From: Squalus acanthias
Taxonomy: Eukaryota
Length of the DNA stretch: 64,000 nucleotides
Direction of reading: 5' to 3'
Assembly (NCBI GenBank): GCA_030390025.1
Contig: CM059432.1
Coordinates: 83,268,001 to 83,332,000 of the forward strand
Positions 60,625 to 64,000 of the stretch are shown here, piece after piece (position 1 is the first letter of the stretch; the number at the start of each line of letters is the position of its first letter). The position numbers and the translations under genes were made by a program. The notes under the pieces are model-generated. The model did no database searches, was not told the DNA's origin, and saw only the letters and a program-made list of their open reading frames with translations.

Positions 60625-62355
60625 GGCGAGAGATGGCATAAAACTAAAAGAAAGGGCTTACACAAATGCAAAGAATAGTGGAGATTCTGCAGACTGGGAG
60701 AGATATGTAGAACAGCAAAGGGATACAAAGAAATGATACAAAAAGGAAATACAGGAAAAAACTTGCGAGAGATATCAAGGATAACACTAAAGTCTTTACA
60801 AGTGTATTTAGAGAAAGAGGTTGGCTAAGGGTAATGTAGGCCCCTTAAAGACAGATGCAGGTGAAATTGTAATTGAAAATAAGGAAGTGGCAGATTTGTG
60901 AAATGATTACTTTGTCTCAACCTTCACAGTGGAGGAAGAGGAGAAAGTACCAGTGATACGAGGAAAACTAAAAATAAATCATAGGGAGGAACTTACTGGA
61001 TTTAATACAAGTTTAAAAAAATGGTATTGGAGAACATAATGAGACTGAAGATAGACAAATCTCCAGGATCTTATGGCTTCCACCCCAGGCATTAAAAGAA
61101 GTAGGTGAGGAAATTGTAGATGCTTTAGTCATGATCTTGCAAAGCTCTCTTGATTCAGGAATTGTCCCCTGTATTGGAACGTCACTCCATTATTTAAGGG
61201 TGGGAGAGAGAAACCAGGAAATTATAGACCTTTTAGTCTAACATCTGTTGTGGGAAAGTTACTGTAATCCGTCATTAGGGACAGAGTGACTGAGCACTTG
61301 GACAAATATGAACTGATCAGAGAGCCAGCATGGATTTGTAAGGGTAAGTCATATCTAACTAACCTAGTTGATTTTTTTTTTGAGGTCACTAACATGGTAG
61401 AAAGGGAGTGCCTATGGATGTTATTTACATGGACTTCCAGAAGGCATTCAATAAGGTTCCACACAAGAGACTGTTATCAAAAATGAAAGTGCATGGTTTT
61501 GGAGACAACCTATTGACATGGGTAGGGAATTGATTACAAGGTAGAGAGTAGGGATAATAGGTATGTACTTCAATTGGCGGAATGTGATGTCCCCCGCCCA
61601 CCCAGATCTGTACTGGGGCCTCAGCTTTTCACTATATTTATCAATGACTTAGATGAAGAAATAGAGAGCCATATATTCAAGTTTGCTGATGACACAAAGT
61701 TCGGTGGCACAGTAAGTAGATGGGAGCAGAAACTTGCAAAGGACATTGATAGATTAAATGAGTGGGCAAAAATGTGGCAGATGGAGTTCAGTGTGGGGAT
61801 GTCTGAGTTCATCCACTCTGGACCTTAGAAAGATAAATCAAAGTATTTTCTGAAAGGTGAGTAGCTAGGAACTGTGGAGGAGCAAAGATTGCAGGTCCAT
61901 GTACAGAAATCACTAAAAGCTAGTGGACAGGTTCAAAAAATAATCAAAAAGGCTAACTGAATGTTAGCCGTAACGCAAGGGGACTGGAATACAACAACAA
62001 CTTGTATTTATATAGCGCCTTTAACGTAGTAAAACATCCCAAGGCGCTTTACAGGAGTGTTAATAAACAAAGAATTTGACACCGAGCCACATAAGGAGAA
62101 ATTAGGTCAGGTGACCAAAATCTTGGTCAGAGGTAGGTTTTAAGGAGTTTTAAGGTAGTGAGGCGGAGAGGTTTAGGCAGGGAATTCCAGAGCTTAGGGA
62201 CTAGGCAACAGAAGGCAAAGGGGTGGAAGTTATGCTACAGTTGTATAAAGCTCTGGTTAGACTGCATCTGAAGTACCGCGTTCAGTTCTGGGTACCGCAC
62301 CTCAGGAACGATAGATTGGCTTTGGCGGGGGGGTGCAGCGTAGATTCATCAGAAT
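60625..62355 (+). mobile_element. Decayed CR1 LINE containing a minus-strand L2 3' fragment (61991-62216)
   Basis: [15 protein letters not shown] and FKFADDTK motifs. The insert is the reverse complement of 27690-27930. Confidence 0.85.
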
Positions 62356-62957
62356 TATTACATACAATTTACAGCATAGAAACAAGCCATTCGGCCCAAC
62401 AGGTCTATGCTGATATTTATGCTCCACACGAGCCTCCTCCCACCTTACTTCATTTCACTATATTATTCAACATATTATTCAATTCCTTTCTCCCTCAAGT
62501 ATTTATCTAGCTTCCCCTTAAATGTATCTATGCTATTCGCCTCAACAACTCCATGTGGGAGTGAGTGCCACGTTCTCACCACTCTAAGAATTATCTCCTG
62601 ATTCCTTTTTGGATTTATTAGTAACTATCTTATATCTATGGCTCTTAGTTCTGGACTAAGTGGAAACATCTTTACTACGTCTACCCTATCGAACCTCTTC
62701 ATAATTTTAAAGACCTCTATCAGGTCGCCTTTTCTAGATAAAAAAGCCCCAGTCTGTTCAGTCTTTCCTGATAGTTGTTCTCTTTAGGTTTGGGTCTCAT
62801 CCTTGTATTTGTTTTTGCACTTTCTCCAGTGCCTCTATATCCTTTTTGTAATATGGAGATCAGAACTGTGCAGAGTACTTCTTGGCTTTTGAATTTCTCT
62901 AGAAATGTTGTTTTGTTTGCATTTTTTATGGCTTTGTTATCCTGAATTGCTACTATT

Positions 62958-64000
62958 AATTTTTTTTAATTCGTTTATGGGCGTCGCTGGCAAGGCCAGC
63001 ATTATTGCCCATCCCTAATTGTCCTTGAGAAGGTGATGGTGAGCCGCCTTCTTGAAACGCTGCAGTCCGTGTGGTGAAGGTACTCCCACAGTGCTGTTGG
63101 ATAGGGAGTTCCAGGATTTGGACCCACCGACGATGAAGGAACAGCGATATACTTCTAAGTCAGGATGGTGTGTGACTTGGAGGAGAACTTGGAGGTGGCG
63201 GTGTTCCCATGCGCCTGCTGCCCTTGTCCTTCTAGGTGGTAGAGGTCGCGGTTTTGAGAGGTGCTGCCAAAGAAGCCTTAGCGAGTTGCTGCAGTGCATC
63301 TTGTAGATGGTACACACTGCAGCCACGGTACGCCGGTGGTGGAGGGAGTGAATGTTTAAGGTAGTGGATGGGGTGCCAATCAAGTGGGCTGCTTTGTCCT
63401 GGATGATGTCAAGCTTCTTGAGTTTTGTTGGAGCTGCACTCATCCAGGCAAGTGGAGAGTATGCCATCACGCTCCTCACTTGTGGCTTGTAGATGGTGGA
63501 AAGGCTTTGGGGAGTCAGGAGGTGAGACACTCGCCGCAGAATACCTAGCCTCTGACCTGCTCTTGTTGCCACAGTATTTATGTGGCTGGTCCAGTTAAGT
63601 TTCTGGTCAATGGTGACCCCAGGATGTTGATGGTGGGGGATTCGGCGATGGTAATGCCGTTGAATGTCATGGGGCGGTGGTTAGACTCTCGCTTGTTGGA
63701 GATAGTCATTGCCTGGCACTTCTGTGGCACGAATGTTACCTGCCTCTTATCAGCCCAAGCCTGAACGTCGTCCAGGTCTTGTTGCATGCGGGCATGGACT
63801 GCTTCATTATCTGAGGAGTTGGAATGGCGCTGAACGCTGTGCAGTCATCAGTGAGCATCCCCATTTCTGACCTTATGTTGGAGGGAAGGTCATTGATGAA
63901 GCAGCTGAAGATGGTTGGGCCTAGGACACTGTCGTGAGGAACTCCTGCAGCGATGTCCCGGGGCTGTGATGATTGACCTTCAACCAGCACAACCATCTTC
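62958..64000 (-). mobile_element. Zenon-like LINE 3' part, running off the window
   Basis: ORFs 63736-63996, 63578-63787 and 63015-63572 are homologous to 34600-35730. Confidence 0.87.

Noticed and set aside
52944..64000. Upstream LACTB2 exons, including the HxHxDH motif
   Set aside because: Searched by eye and found no convincing exon. They probably lie beyond the window, though I may have missed one.

Overview
Repeat-dominated vertebrate genomic DNA. The CR1, L2, DeuSINE, Penelope and Harbinger complement suggests a cartilaginous fish (inference). The only host gene I can support is the 3' half of LACTB2 (metallo-beta-lactamase-fold endoribonuclease) on the minus strand. It has four phase-compatible GT-AG exons: 52943-52765, 47324-47176, 37411-37330 and 31542-31502 (stop). 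The upstream exons were not found. Most of the rest is nested transposable elements: two near full-length CR1 LINEs head-to-head (14.06-18.07 kb minus, 19.65-24.15 kb plus), many CR1/L2/Zenon-like fragments, Penelope ends with minimal hammerhead motifs, Harbinger relics and MITEs, tRNA-derived SINEs, and a ~6 kb (CT)n-Cm-GTGT satellite inside a 7 kb intronic insertion. The ~2000-aa ORFs there are low-complexity artefacts. The most interesting signals are a phased U_UUA_AAC -1 slippery site at the CR1 ORF1/ORF2 junction, an 85-bp-arm Penelope palindrome centred on a hammerhead core, the satellite-carrying insertion, and a 194-bp duplication containing a 24-bp microinversion. I cannot claim a verified new system; the findings are testable hypotheses.
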